Assembly: GCA_951406725.2 (NCBI GenBank)
Contig: OX597818.1
Coordinates: 18,166,001 to 18,230,000 of the forward strand
Direction of reading: 5' to 3'
From: Octopus vulgaris
Lineage: Eukaryota
Length of the DNA stretch: 64,000 nucleotides
In this document: one piece after another, positions 13,398 to 25,522 of the stretch
Position numbering within the stretch: the stretch's first letter is position 1
Layout of the letters: each line of letters opens with the position of its first letter
The notes under the pieces: model-generated
Database searches by the model: none
What the model saw: only the letters and a program-made list of their open reading frames with translations
Told to the model about the DNA's origin: nothing
Program-made: the position numbers and the translations under genes

Positions 13398-13532
13398 AGT
13401 GGCTGAATGGTAAAAAGTTTGCTTTCCAACCATACGGCTTCGAGTTCAGTCCTACTGCGTGGCACCTTGCTATAGCCCAGGGCCGACCAAAGTCTTGTGA
13501 GTGGATTTGGAAGACTGACTGAAAGACGCTCG

Positions 13533-13567
<35 letters not shown>

Positions 13568-13782
13568 GTATATATGTATATATGTATGTGTCGCACCACC
13601 TTTTGACAACCGGTGTTGGTTGTTCTTACGTCCCCACAACTTAGCGGTTCGACGAAAGACCGATTGAATAAGTACCATCTTCAAAAAAAAAATCAATAAA
13701 TAAGCACTGGGGTCGGTTCTTTCGACTAAAGTTCTAGACAGTTCCTTAACATGACTGCAATCTAATGACCGAAATAAGATAC
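13398..13782 (+). mobile_element. Family B CORE-type SINE
   Basis: Head (..GAGTTCAGTCCTACTGCGTGGCACCTTG), internal (TA)n and conserved 3' half. Confidence 0.8.
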
Positions 13783-13807
13783 ATACTTTTACATATATGA
13801 GTGTATA

Positions 13808-14079
13808 TATTTGTTCCTACTCGAGCCATGCTTGGCTCATAAGGGCCGGTTTCCCCACCTGGACGAGACGCCGGTCCGCCGCAGGTGAGCTACAAGAGTA
13901 AAGAATGAGAGAAAGTTGTAGCGAAAGAGTCAGCAGAAGTTCGCCATTACCTTCTGCCGGAGCCGCGTGGAGCTTAGGTGTTTCGTTCATAAACATACAC
14001 ATCGCCCGGTCTGAGATTCGAACCCGCGATCCCTCGACCGCGAGTCCGATGCTCTAACCACTAGGCCATGTGCCTCCAC
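13808..14079 (-). mobile_element. tRNA-derived SINE, family C, with 13-bp TSD
   Basis: Minus head GTGGAGGCACATGGCCTAGTGGTTAGAGC..GGTTCGAATCTC (A and B boxes). TSD ATATGAGTGTATA at 13795-13807 and 14080-14092. Confidence 0.9.
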
Positions 14080-14506
14080 ATATGAGTGTATACATGTACG
14101 TATGTATGTATGCATGGTAATATACACGTATGTATGTTAATGTGGGTGTACACACCTTGCTTGGGGCCCCAACTCTCTTCTGCAGTCGTAGGAACACCGT
14201 CGTGGCATAAACGTGTCTTGGACATCACTCTCCAGGCCTAACCACAGCCTGCTTCTTCCATAAGAGAGGTCAGTCAGAAATTAATCGAGCCCTGTACAGA
14301 GCTGGTACTCTATTTATAGATCTCGAAAAGATAGACGGCTTAGTTGACATCAGTCGGATCCGAACTTGGAGCGCAGATAACCGGAGCTATTTACTGCAAA
14401 GTAATGTATCCGACGCTTTAACGACTGTTACCAATATGCCACTTGCGCGAACGTAAAACGGAATGAAAGCGAAGCGTTTTTTTCCTTCTTAGAGTGTCAA
14501 CATAAA

Positions 14507-15035
14507 TCTATATATATAAAACTGTAGTTGTGTGAGTGTCTGTCCCCTTCGATTTAGATTCCTTACTCCCACATTTTGCGGTGCAGTTTAACCAAATTCG
14601 GGTATCTTATAGTCGTGATTCATATCGAGCCCGTCTGAGTATTAGCGCGCGTCTACGATGAGTCTACGATTTTAAAAATAATTTAACATCATTTTTTATT
14701 CCATTTTAATGCATAATTTTTCGTGTGTCGATGGCGGCGGAGTTGGCGTCCACGGTCACACCTGCACCTGTTTGCTTCTCCCCTTTCTTCCCTCCCTCGT
14801 GAAGCTGTGGGGAAGGGAGTGTAAGGAAATCAACGTCGTAAAGCGTTGTCAAGGAGACCAGCGTTCTTTTAGAACAACGACTTCATGGCTTGAAGACACT
14901 GAGTCAACGATTTAAAAAAAAAATTATCATCATTTTTTATTCTATTTTTAATGCATTTTTTTGCTATAACTCTCTAAAAATGCTTATATAGTTATTTCCC
15001 TTACAAACCCGAGCAACGCCGGGCGATACTGCTAG
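14507..15035 (+). mobile_element. Non-autonomous Helitron
   Basis: A|TCTATATATATAAAACTG 5' end and CCCGAGCAACGCCGGG hairpin + CTAG|T 3' end, with no TSD. An internal ~60-bp direct repeat lies at 14661 and 14901. Confidence 0.92.
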
Positions 15036-15523
15036 TCTAATATATATTAATATTCAATATTTCATATTTTCGTCTATAACAGTATCCGCACTATTGTGAT
15101 TCGATTAAATCTTTCGATCTTTGAATATATAAAATGGTAAACAATAAAGTGAAAATCTGAAAACAATGATATATAAGAATTTATAGTTTCTTTACTCCTT
15201 AGATGTTATTTTGTACCATTTTATTTAACTCCCCAGCTAGAAGTAACAACCAAATCTCTCACAAAGTACGTACCTCTAACGTCTTATAATAAAAATGGAC
15301 GTAAACATTGACAATCTTAAGCATCCTTTATTGTGCCGGGCAGGCGATATTTTTTACGTTTGAAAAAAAAAAAAACACACACACACAGAACAGTATTTTA
15401 CTGACAATTTCTATAATGAGATGTAATTTCGCATGTCAATTACGAAAGGCCCAAACATTTCCGGAGAAATGATAGAAAATTACGAGCATTTACATAGCTT
15501 GATTTTTTTTTATTTAATAATTT

Positions 15524-15835
15524 TTGCCAATCGCGATAACCAATCCAGCAGACAATATGTTAGCAAAGCAACCAAGTGAAGCCATCCTGGGGTTAGGGAT
15601 TGGTTTAAGGGTTTGGATTTAAATATTTATGGTTAGGTTTAGGGTTCAGTGTTGCGATTTAGAGTAAAGGTTAAGGTCAGGATTTAATATTTAGAGTTCG
15701 GGTTTGTAGTGCATTGTAATTTTTTTTTTTTTACAAACGTTAATGTTTCTATTATTAAAAGTTTCACCTTGAAATGTTCTGTAAAGTTTTGGTTATTCAT
15801 TTCTCAAAACTTAATTTGTTATCGCGGTTAGTCAA
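15524..15835. mobile_element. Degenerate inverted-repeat element with telomere-like (TTAGGG-like) interior
   Basis: TTGCCAATCGCGATAAC mirrors GTTATCGCGGTTAGTCAA. A GGGTTAGGG/GGTTAGGTTTAGGGTT array lies at 15590-15700. Confidence 0.5.
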
Positions 15836-17463
15836 GAGGTGCATTGGGCCCTGTGCACCAAACGGAAAATATCTGGCAAGTGTTGTTAATCCGAAAGCCA
15901 GGGGAGAAGTTTGATTTTTTTAAAACTTGAAATATTGGGTAAAGTTATTTTTTAGAATCGTAATTTCCGCATATTTTGGATTTATACATTATTCAATATT
16001 TTCTTTCTTTTTATAAGTCGTTAAGAGGTGCAGAGTTTGAGAGAAATTTCTAGCATGTTGCGCAATCATACTAAAGTCGCCCTTATGTCGTACGCTGCTT
16101 ATTATAGTGCACACATCTACGCATGCGCAAATGAACGGATAAGTTTAAATCCAAAAGGCTGAATTTGAGCGGATCTTGATATTCCGAAAGCTGGCGGAAT
16201 AAATTCAATTACTAAAAGAAAAAAAGAAAAGAAAATCAATCATAATCTTCGTATTTTTAAACGTAGATTTTTAAAAAATGATATAAGTGAGGTGGGAAGG
16301 CTTATTTAAAAAAAAAATTATTGGCATACAACAGGAATCAGAAAAAAAAATCTTTAAAAAGTGGGGCGCGTATCTGACAAAAATATGTATTTATTGCTGG
16401 TTATTAACAATTTTTGCTTTACTTTCAGTTTGTTTCATTGTTATTCGCTATTTTATATGAAAATTATCGAAAGCTTACTGTATTGTGTTTTTGCTATCAT
16501 TAAACTTAGTGCTCCAATTATTTTTCTTACTGATGCTTTACTGAAAATTCGATCTTCGGATTTGTTATACATTCTTGCAAATCAATTTTCCAGGATTGAA
16601 TTCCATCAATACTTTTAATTAACCCCTTAAACCTTTACTTGTCCTGTGTATCACATGTGAAACATGATATATTTCCCTGGTGCCGATATACGATACAAAT
16701 TCCATCACCCCTTTTTTTTTTTTTTCAATCACTAGAGTAACTAGGGACTTATGAAAGGAATTTAATATTTATTACCCAGAACGTATAAAACAAGGGCTAG
16801 CTAAAAGTCTGAAAGTAAGCATGGAAGTTTGGGACAAACTTTGGAAAATGCTTTGATCAGACAAAAGGTAAGAATTTCTTGGGGTTTTTTTAAGATATTA
16901 AATGTACGAACTTGGGCAATCTTTTAGGTTTAAAGTTCCACGCATTCGCAGTTGTCATCGTTAAGATGAATATAAATTTGGGCGAAGTTTATTTGTGTAA
17001 CATTTCCACTTCGTTAAAGTCGTTTGCACTTGACCTGGATGCAAACTTTCCAGCAGTAATTTATTAGCTGTCACATTTGTGATATGTTCTTTTTATAAAC
17101 ACCCTACTGTCTATGGTTACGCCCAGAATCTCAAGCTTTTTCATAGGCAGTCTGCAATTCATAAAGTGCAAAATCAAGTTATATGGGATTATTTTTCTTG
17201 ATAAAAATCATTGTTTACGTTTTGAAGATTGTTTCAACGTTACTCTTTGTAATCCGCCTGCCTAAAACAGATGCGTGCGTGCGCGGGCAGCGAGTAAATA
17301 GCATGAACAGAGGCAATTGTACATTGTCCTGAGCCACATACCAAGTGAGACTGATAATACTGCGAGTTCTAAGAGATCACTTTAGTCATTTTCACCATCT
17401 CCTGCAATCTCATACAATACAAAGCTGTTATCTTGACTATTATGTTGCCACTAAGCATATTTT

Positions 17464-17712
17464 GGTACTACTCGCGCTAGCTAGTCGTGACTAGTCGATC
17501 CTTACTTTGTGTTTTATTTACTTTGTTTTAAAAATTATTTACTTTGTGTTTTTGTGTTTTATTTATTTTGTTTTAAAAAAATTATTTGTGTAAAAAAATT
17601 ATTTTGTGTTTTATTTACTTTGCTAGGTAGTACGTTGTAGGATCGACTAGTCACGACTAGCTAGCGCGAGTGCGCGAGTCGCGCACCGGGACCACTCTTC
17701 TTAAGTAGTACC
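17464..17712. mobile_element. GG...CC inverted-repeat element with ~8-bp TSD
   Basis: Ends are GGTACTACT / AGTAGTACC. An internal perfect 33-bp IR pairs 17470-17502 with 17639-17671. Flanks are CATATTTT / CATGATTTT. Confidence 0.75.
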
Positions 17713-18139
17713 CATGATTTTATTAAGAATGTAGATAAGAGTGTGAGTGCGTGGCTGTCTGATATGTACACAGCTCCTTCTTATTACACACACACACCTT
17801 GCGCTAATCATGATTCTGCTGGGGGAATGAACATCATACAAAGTGAACTTAAAGAAAGCTGGAGATCATAAATGATCTTTAACGTCGATGACACATAATC
17901 ATACATCCTGAGTAAAGCTCACCGTCGAATGAGTCAACACAAGTATTTATATGATTAGTTCTTATTTTATCGACTCCGAACATATTAAACTGATAACGTT
18001 AAAAATGAAAAAAAAGTGACTAAATACGACGTCGCTCTACCGATCTTTTATTGTGGCCCTCTACTAAAATATTGGTTTTCTTTCGGTTTACGACCACAAA
18101 ATTTTAAGTGGAGAATTATCGTAAGCAATCGGTATTTAA

Positions 18140-18343
18140 CTATTTAGTATTCAGATTACTCTAACAAATGTAATGTTTATACTGTTTTGAATTAAATTAT
18201 GCATTATTTCGTAGCCTTGAAGTTAAGATGATGCGATTATTTTTAGAGTGACATTGTAAGGTAGGCGTGAGAGGTTTGGATCTGGGTGGTTTGAAGATAA
18301 AATATTATTTGGGCCTGACATGGTTGGTTTAAACGCTAAAGGT
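18140..18343. mobile_element. piggyBac-like MITE
   Basis: TTAA-CTATTTAGTATTC ... AAACGCTAAAGGT-TTAA: degenerate CCCTTTAGC-type TIR with TTAA flanks. Confidence 0.6.
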
Positions 18344-18821
18344 TTAAAGAAAAATTGAAATTTTAAAGGAAAAAAAGCTTGTTTATGATCGCTGTATTTG
18401 GAATACAAATATGGAATAAAATCGAAAAGAAACTATTTTAAAACAATAAGGGGGGGGGGGCAAACATTTGAAAAGCATTTTGTTTTTTGCTACAATGCGG
18501 AGGGAGTGAAACAAAACAATAATCTCCATGTTGTTTAAAACAGCAATATGAAAGAATTTTTTCTTTTTTTTTAATTCGTCTATTTGACAAGTCTGCTTGG
18601 ATATTGCCGACATTATCTGATCAAGAAAGGAAAGAAAACGCATAAAGATTGCGTCACTGCTGATGATGATTGATTCACGTTAGCAAATTGTGTAAACAGT
18701 CTCTCTCGCGCGCATGGTTTTACAAACGGGGTTAGGGTGGTAAAATCCTTAGTATAATAATATATTTATAGTTTATACATTTATTTGAAGTTAAGGCTAC
18801 TGTCCGGAGCTACATACTCAG

Positions 18822-19207
18822 TTACTCTTTTACTTGTTTCAGTCATTTGACTGCGGCCATGCTGGAGCACCGCCTTTAGTCGAGCAAATCGACCCCGGGA
18901 CTTATTCTTTGTAAGCCCAGTACTTATTCTATCGGTCTCTTTTGCCGAACCGCTAAGTGACGGGGACGTAAACACACCAGCATCGGTTGTCAAGCAATGC
19001 TAGGGGGACAAACACAGACACATATATATATATATACATATATACGACAGGCTTCTTTCAGTTTCCATCTACCAAATCCACTCACAAGGCATTGGTTGGC
19101 CCGGGGCAATAGCAGAAGACACTTGCCCAAGATGCCACGCAGTGGGACTGAACCCGGAACCATGTGGTTGGTTAGCAAGCTACTTACCACACAGCCACTC
19201 CTGCGCC
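18822..19207 (-). mobile_element. Family B CORE-type SINE, full length, young
   Basis: Complete head (AGGCGCAGGAGTGGCTGTGTGGTAAGTAGCTTGC..GGTTCAGTCCC), internal microsatellite and AGTAAAAG-type tail. Confidence 0.92.
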
Positions 19208-19737
19208 TAGTGCAGTTCTGTGCTTTCTTCCCGTTTCACCGCGAAAATACGAAAAACAGTAAATGTTAACAGCGAGTAACGATCGACGGAATGTGTACGT
19301 GGGTGCGTGCGTAAGAGTATGTGTTTGTGTACCAATGAAATTAAGTATTTTAATTAACATTTCTAGTGACGTCATCACATTACGACCGTAACCGCAAAAT
19401 TCTCTACTATAGTTCAGAACCATCGTAAACAGACAGCGGCCAGGTTATACGACATAAAAAGATAATATTACGTCGTTTCTTTACATTTACTAAATATATC
19501 CTAAAGAACTGATTGTGAATAGCTTGGAATTCGACTAAGTGGTAGGCTTCAAACAAATAGCCTTTATTCGTGAACTAAGGCAATGCAGTCATATTTCGGA
19601 CGGCTAGAAGTGTTATTGGTAACGTTTCTGGATACTGGATGTTTTCCGTGTTGAAGCTCATAGGAGTTTGTTCACAGGTCCTTTTCCACTAGTACAATTA
19701 ATTTGTCATGTGTAATACAACACTTCGACAGTTGTAG

Positions 19738-21629
19738 CTAATAGTAACAGACAGGGTCAAATTTTGCAGGAAGCTCCTTCCAGTGTGCATCAAGCCTGTT
19801 CTTGAAGGCATTGACTGATGGAACTGCGACCACACTGTTTGGCAGACTGTTCCAGGTGGCAGTCACACGTTGTACGAAAAAGCAGCTTCTAATGTTGAGC
19901 CTGCAGTGTGATCTTTCCAATTTCAGGCTGTCTCCTCTCGTATTTCTCCCTTGGAAGTAGTTGAATTGGGGCGGTTGGTTAGGTACAGGCCGTGCATATA
20001 CTTATATACATGTTGATCATATCCCCCGACGCGGCGATGTTCGAGACTAGGTAGGTTTAGTGTAGCCAAGCGCTCTGGGTACGGCTTTTCTTTCAAGGAT
20101 GCAATGAGTTTGGTGGCACACCTCTGAACATCCTCCAACTCGCAACACATTGCCTTATGCTGGGGTTGCCAAACTGTGTGTCCATATTCAAGAATCGGGT
20201 GAACCAGAGACTTGTACAGCTGGACGAAGACAACAGGGGTGATGAAGTCAAATGATCGTCGGGTGACTCCAAGGATTCGATTTGCTTTTGCAGTTGCTTG
20301 GTTTATGTGGTTCCTGAAGTTCAGCTCTTTGTCGATCAAGACGCCAAGATCCTCCTCCACCACAGTCCGTTCCCCCTGTGTATCCTGGCCTCTCATGTAG
20401 TATTTCCTGTCCGTCTTCGAGTTCCCCACTCTCAAGACGGAACACTTCTCAGGATGGAACCGCATTTGCCAGTTCGTCGACCACTCGTGAAGGCGATTCA
20501 GGTCGTCTTACAGCGTTGCCATGGTCACATCAACGTCATTCCTTGCGAAGATTTTCTGTATCGTCAGCAAATAACCTGACGTGGCTCTGGACATGCCGAA
20601 GCAGATCGTTTATATACATGAGAAACAGTATTGGGGCAATGACACTGCCTTGTGGGATGCCATTTGTCACCTCTCCTCGCTCTGACTTCATCCCGTTGAC
20701 ACAGACTCGTGACCGGTGGCTCAAGAAGTCCCAGATCCACTGAAGGGCATTTCCCTTGAAACCGTGAGATTCTACTTTGGATACAAGCCTACGATGTGGG
20801 ACGCTGTCGAACGCTTTCATGTAATCCATGTAGATCGCATCGACTTCCCTTGCATCAAAAGCCGTCCAGGTGTCAAGAACGTCAAGCAGTTATGTCACAT
20901 GATCTCCCCTTTGTGAACCCATGCTGTTCTTGGTTGATGAGATCGTTTCGCCGCAGGTGTTCAATGTGCTCACGAGCAAGCACCTCCATCACCTTGCACA
21001 GTACGCAAGTCAAGCTTACTGGCCTATAGTTGTTGACCGCAAAATGGCTCCCTTTCTTGAATATGAGGGTGACGTTAGCAGTTGTGATTGGCAGAGCGAG
21101 TACATTCGATAGATCGGAAAGTATGCGTGGGCTAATTCCATCCGATCCTGGAGCCTTGGCAATCTTCAGGCTTGTCAGCTGCTTGTGAACTTTTTCCATA
21201 GCTTTGTGTCATACGTGTATCTGGCATGTCTGGTAGATCGCCTTCCTTCTCTACAGTGAAGACACTCTGAAAGAAAGTGTTCAGCAGATCGGCTTTCTCT
21301 TTGTCTGTGGTTGTCTTAGAACCATCACTTCTTTTCAAGTCTGCAGTACCAGTCTTTGATTTCGACTTTGACTTCACGTATGACCAAAATGACTTCGGGT
21401 TTGTCTTGGCTTGTGTTGCTACCATTTCCTCTAATTTCTTCTTTGCTTTACGGCATACCTTTGTCGGTTTATTTCTGCTCTTGATGTAGGCCAGATAATC
21501 CTGCCCATTGTTGGTCTGCAACCAATGTCTATACAGTTTGTGCTTCTGCCGCACTGTTCTAAATGTATATCGAGCCACTTCTTGCTCTTGAATACAAGGG
21601 GAAGCTGGAATTGTATCTTTAACGCACAT
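19738..21629 (-). pseudogene. LINE ORF2 reverse transcriptase remnant (CR1/L2 group), 5'-truncated and frameshifted
   Basis: NPKSFWSYVKSK, KAPGSDGI, NYRPVSLT, QHGFTKGRSC, KAFDSVPH, GIPQGSVIAP, LFADD, HPILEY..VW, WNSLP..FKNRLD across five frames. Confidence 0.93.
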
Positions 21630-22934
21630 TAGGATTATTTGGACGTAGTCGGTAAGAGGAAGTGTAGAAGCCTCACAAGGTTACTTAGACAGTTTCATCT
21701 GACTGGCAGGAACTGACAGGATTTTCCAAATGTAGCAGAATAGACATGGCGTAATCGTATCAAGATAGTGTACACAATGTCAACAGGCCTGTAGAAACTC
21801 CAGAACTGTGAACGGGTAGTCACCTTCTGTCAGTTTGTCACTGTCGGAGCTGCAGTCTTAGATTAATGGAAAGAGCAAGTCTGAGTGTCAAGGTATCTGA
21901 AATGCTGCCAGGTGCTCATGGCTTTCTACCAGTTGGGCAATGTAGTCGGCGGAAGTTCCATGTTAACTTTCTATAGAGCTATAATGATGTACAGCAGCGA
22001 CGAAGTTGTCAGGAAAAAACTCAGGGCTTCGCGGAGAAGTAACAGTCTTTAGTTTGGGGGAAATTAATATCTTGGCCTGAGTGCTACACGGATCGGGAGG
22101 AAACATTGCGAGCTAGAGATAAACTGTCAACTAGGCCTGTCCGAGAAACATGCAGAATGACGAATCTCTGCATGCAATCGTTTAGTGTCTAAACACTGGT
22201 TTGAGAGTGAAAGAGACAGAATCAGCTGTCGGGCAAGTCCGCCGTGAAGATCGCCTGTCATATTTTGACCAAGAGCAGAAAGATTTCCTCCATTTCATAG
22301 CCGTAGTGGAACAGGTATGGCATGATTGAAAGCACCGAGGATGGTTAGTCCCTCATCGACTTTTTCAAATTTCGAGATGAAAGTGAATGCAGAGAAGAAT
22401 TTGATGCCTTAAAGTAGCACTTTTTGAAAGAGAAGTGAGAAATTGCAAGCACGGGTATATTCTCGGTTTGCGCAGGTAGGCCGAGGTATTGACAGCCAAG
22501 AGAGCATTTACCTTTGGCGGTCAGGGTAATTTTGGGTCCGTGAGATTCCTTGGTTGGCCTTAGGTGTATACTATGTATAACATTTCTATTTTTCTGTCAT
22601 CGAATTTCTGTGTAAAACTTTCTAACATTTTTCTTTACTTTTTCTAATTCGTTCACATTTTGGAAATAATAACTATTATTATTGGACACAGTCGTTAGAA
22701 AGTCGGATATCATGTCTTATGGCGTCTAGGACTTTTTTACGACCTGAATTCAAATCCCGCCGAGGTTTGCTTTACGTTTCAATGCTGTCGAAGTCGTCCT
22801 TACAATTCAACCTTATGGGGTCGATAAAATAAAGAACCAGTCAAATACTTGAGCTGATTTAATCGACTGGTCCACTCTTCTAATTTTCAAGTTTCCTGCC
22901 TATGTTCGAAACAATTATTATTTAATTGGTTTGA

Positions 22935-23270
22935 AAAACACATGGCTCAGTGGTTAGAGCGTCGGGCTCACAATCATGAGGTAGTGAGTTCGATTCCAGG
23001 ACCGGGCTGTATGTTGCGTTCTTGAACAAGACTTTATTTCGCGTTGTTCCAGTTCACTCAGCTGTAAAAAACTAGTTGCGACGTCACTGGTGCCAAGCTG
23101 TATCGGCCTTTTCCTTTCCCTTGAATAACATCGGTGACGAGGGGAGGTTGATACGGATGGGCGACTGCTGGTCTTCCATAAACCTTGCCCGGACTTGTGC
23201 CTTAGAGGGTAACTTTCCAGGTGTAATCTTATGGTCATTAATAATCTAAGGGGATCTTTAATCTTTACCT
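22935..23270 (+). mobile_element. tRNA-derived SINE, family D (CORE-like)
   Basis: CACATGGCTCAGTGGTTAGAGCG (A box)..GAGTTCGATTCC (B box)..TTCTTGAACAAGAC..CACTCAGCTGTAAA, with a CTTTA-like tail. Confidence 0.8.
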
Positions 23271-23504
23271 TAGTGAGTGGCAGAATTGCTAGAAGATGGG
23301 AAAATGCTTGGAGATATTTGCAGTGGCTTTTATATATATTGTAGTTCAAATTCCACCATGGTAAACTTTGCTTTTCGTTACTCAGGAGTCGATAAAAAAT
23401 AAAGTATCATATACCCTAAGGAGATCAATGATAATTATATATCCACTTCTGAAAGTTGCTTGCCTTATACCAAGATTAGGAACCATTACCATAGTATTAG
23501 GTAT

Positions 23505-23720
23505 TCAAGGTGGGGAGAGCTGGCAGGAGTGTTTGCGCGTCGGAGATAAAAGTAGTATTTCTTCCTACTCTTAATATTCTGAACTCAGATTCCGCCGGGG
23601 GTCGACTTTGCTTTCATCCTTTCGGGCTGGATAGTAAGTATCAGTCAAGTACTGGGAACAATGTAATTGATCTTCCCCCTCCCCTAAAAATTGCTGACCT
23701 TGTGCTAAATTTACGAAGAA
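23505..23720 (+). mobile_element. Family A SINE, degenerate
   Basis: AGGTGGGGAGAGCTGGCAG..GTCGACTTTGCTTTCATCCTTTCGGG. Confidence 0.75.
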
Positions 23721-23723
23721 TAT

Positions 23724-24100
23724 AGGCGTAGAAGTGGCTCTGTGGTAAGTAGCTTGCTTACGAACTACATGGTTCTGGGTTCAGTCCCACTGCGTGGCAC
23801 CTTGTCTTCTACTATAGCCTTGTGAGTGTATTTGGTAGACGGAAACTGAAAGAAGCCCGTCGTATATATGTATATATGTGTGTGCGTCTGTGTTTGTCCC
23901 CCCTCCCCCAACATCGCTTGACAACTGATGCTGGTGTGTTTACGTCACCGTAACTTAGCGGTTCGGCAAAAAACTCCGATAGAATTAGTACTAGGCTTAC
24001 AAAAAATAAGTCCTGGGGTCGATTTGCTCCATCGACTAAAGGCGGTGCTCCAGCATGGTCACAGTCAAATGACTGAAACAAGTAAAAGAGTAAAAGAATA
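23724..24100 (+). mobile_element. Family B CORE-type SINE
   Basis: Head, internal TA/TG tract, conserved 3' half and AGTAAAAG tail. Confidence 0.88.
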
Positions 24101-24412
24101 ATTATATTTGTTCCGTTTGTGCACATGTAAAAATTATGTGGATTAATTTCCCTGTACCTCTTCCTACAACAGGTGAGAAAGTTAAATGATAGTGCAAATG
24201 TAATCGATTTAATGAGGGATGTTCAGTAAATAATTACTGGTTCTCATATCACTATGTTTAATCCATTCCTAGTGAAATGTGAAGTTTTTGTGTTCTGTGG
24301 GTTATTAAAAATATTAAGTGATATACACATGTTGGTGGAAATGTGACTGTGTGGTCGAGAAGTTCGCTTCGCAGCCACGTGTTACGGGTTCCGTCCAACT
24401 GCAAGCTTTTTC

Positions 24413-25522
24413 GGTTAATGTTGCTATTATTACCCGGAATCGAAATAGTGCAACCGGTGTAAAAAATAAAATTAAAAAAAAAAAGGTTTAGGAAACGAAT
24501 ATGAAAAAATTCACAAGATCCAATGATTTTCCCTCAGAACTTTTAGGAAAATGGTTTTTTTTTTCAATGTAATTTTATATAAATACTTTTCAAACGGTAT
24601 AGATTACGATTATAAAGAAATTTATGGAGGAAATCTTTTCCGAGAAGTGGGGAGGACTTCGGAAAATTCACAAGATCCGATGTTTTCCCTTGTAACTGAG
24701 GAAAATCGAAATATTTCTACTTCACACCCACGTAGGAATCTGAAAACAAAAATGCGCGGAAAGCAACGGGGGGGGAGTACTTCGGAAAATTCACAAGTTT
24801 CACAAGATCCGAGTTTTTCCCACGTAACTTTGAGGAAAATATAATCCTTTTGAAATCGCAAATTAGGCTTTTCCTCAGGAACTTGGACGCTAAACATTCC
24901 TTTGAAGGGTTCAGGTCCTACTATATATACATTATACACACACACATGTATATATGTAGTAGAAGGACCAAAACCGTTCAAAGGGATGTTTAGAATCCAT
25001 GTTGCTGAGGAAAAGCCTAATTTGCGATTTCAAAAGGATTATATTTTCCTCAATGTTACGAGGGAAAAAACTCGGATCTTGTGAATTTCCCGAAGTTCCC
25101 CACCCCCGTTGCTTTCCGCGCATTTTTGTTTTCAGATTCGTTTCCTAAGTGGGTGTGAAGTAGAAAGATATCGATTTTCCTCAAAGTTACGAGGGAAAAA
25201 CGTCGAATCTTAGGAATTTTCCGAAGCCCTCCCCACCCCTCGGAAAAGATTTCCCCACAAATTTCTTTATAATCGTAATCTATACCGCTTGAAAAGTATT
25301 CATATAAAATTTAATTTAAAAAAAAAAAACCTTTTTCCCAAAAGTTATAAGGGAAAAACATCGGATCTTGTGAATTTTCCAAAGGCCTTTCCTCACTTCA
25401 CCCACCCCCGTTGCTTTCCGGGTATATTTTTGTTTTCATATTCGTTTCCTACACGTTTTTTTTACATCCGTTACTATTGCTTTTTCGATTTCGTTTTCGG
25501 GTAATAATGTTCAACATTAACC
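24413..25522. mobile_element. 1.1-kb foldback element (GG...CC, 8-bp TSD) splitting a family B SINE
   Basis: The whole element is an imperfect palindrome centred near 24940, with termini GGTTAATGTTG / CAACATTAACC. Flanks are GCTTTTTC / GCATTTTC. The SINE head at 24343-24412 continues at 25523-25737. Confidence 0.9.

Noticed and set aside
16619-17100. piggyBac-like left end TTAA-CCCCTT
   Set aside because: I could not locate a matching right terminus.
24551-25123. Mirror-image ORFs on both strands
   Set aside because: A consequence of the foldback symmetry, with no transposase motifs.
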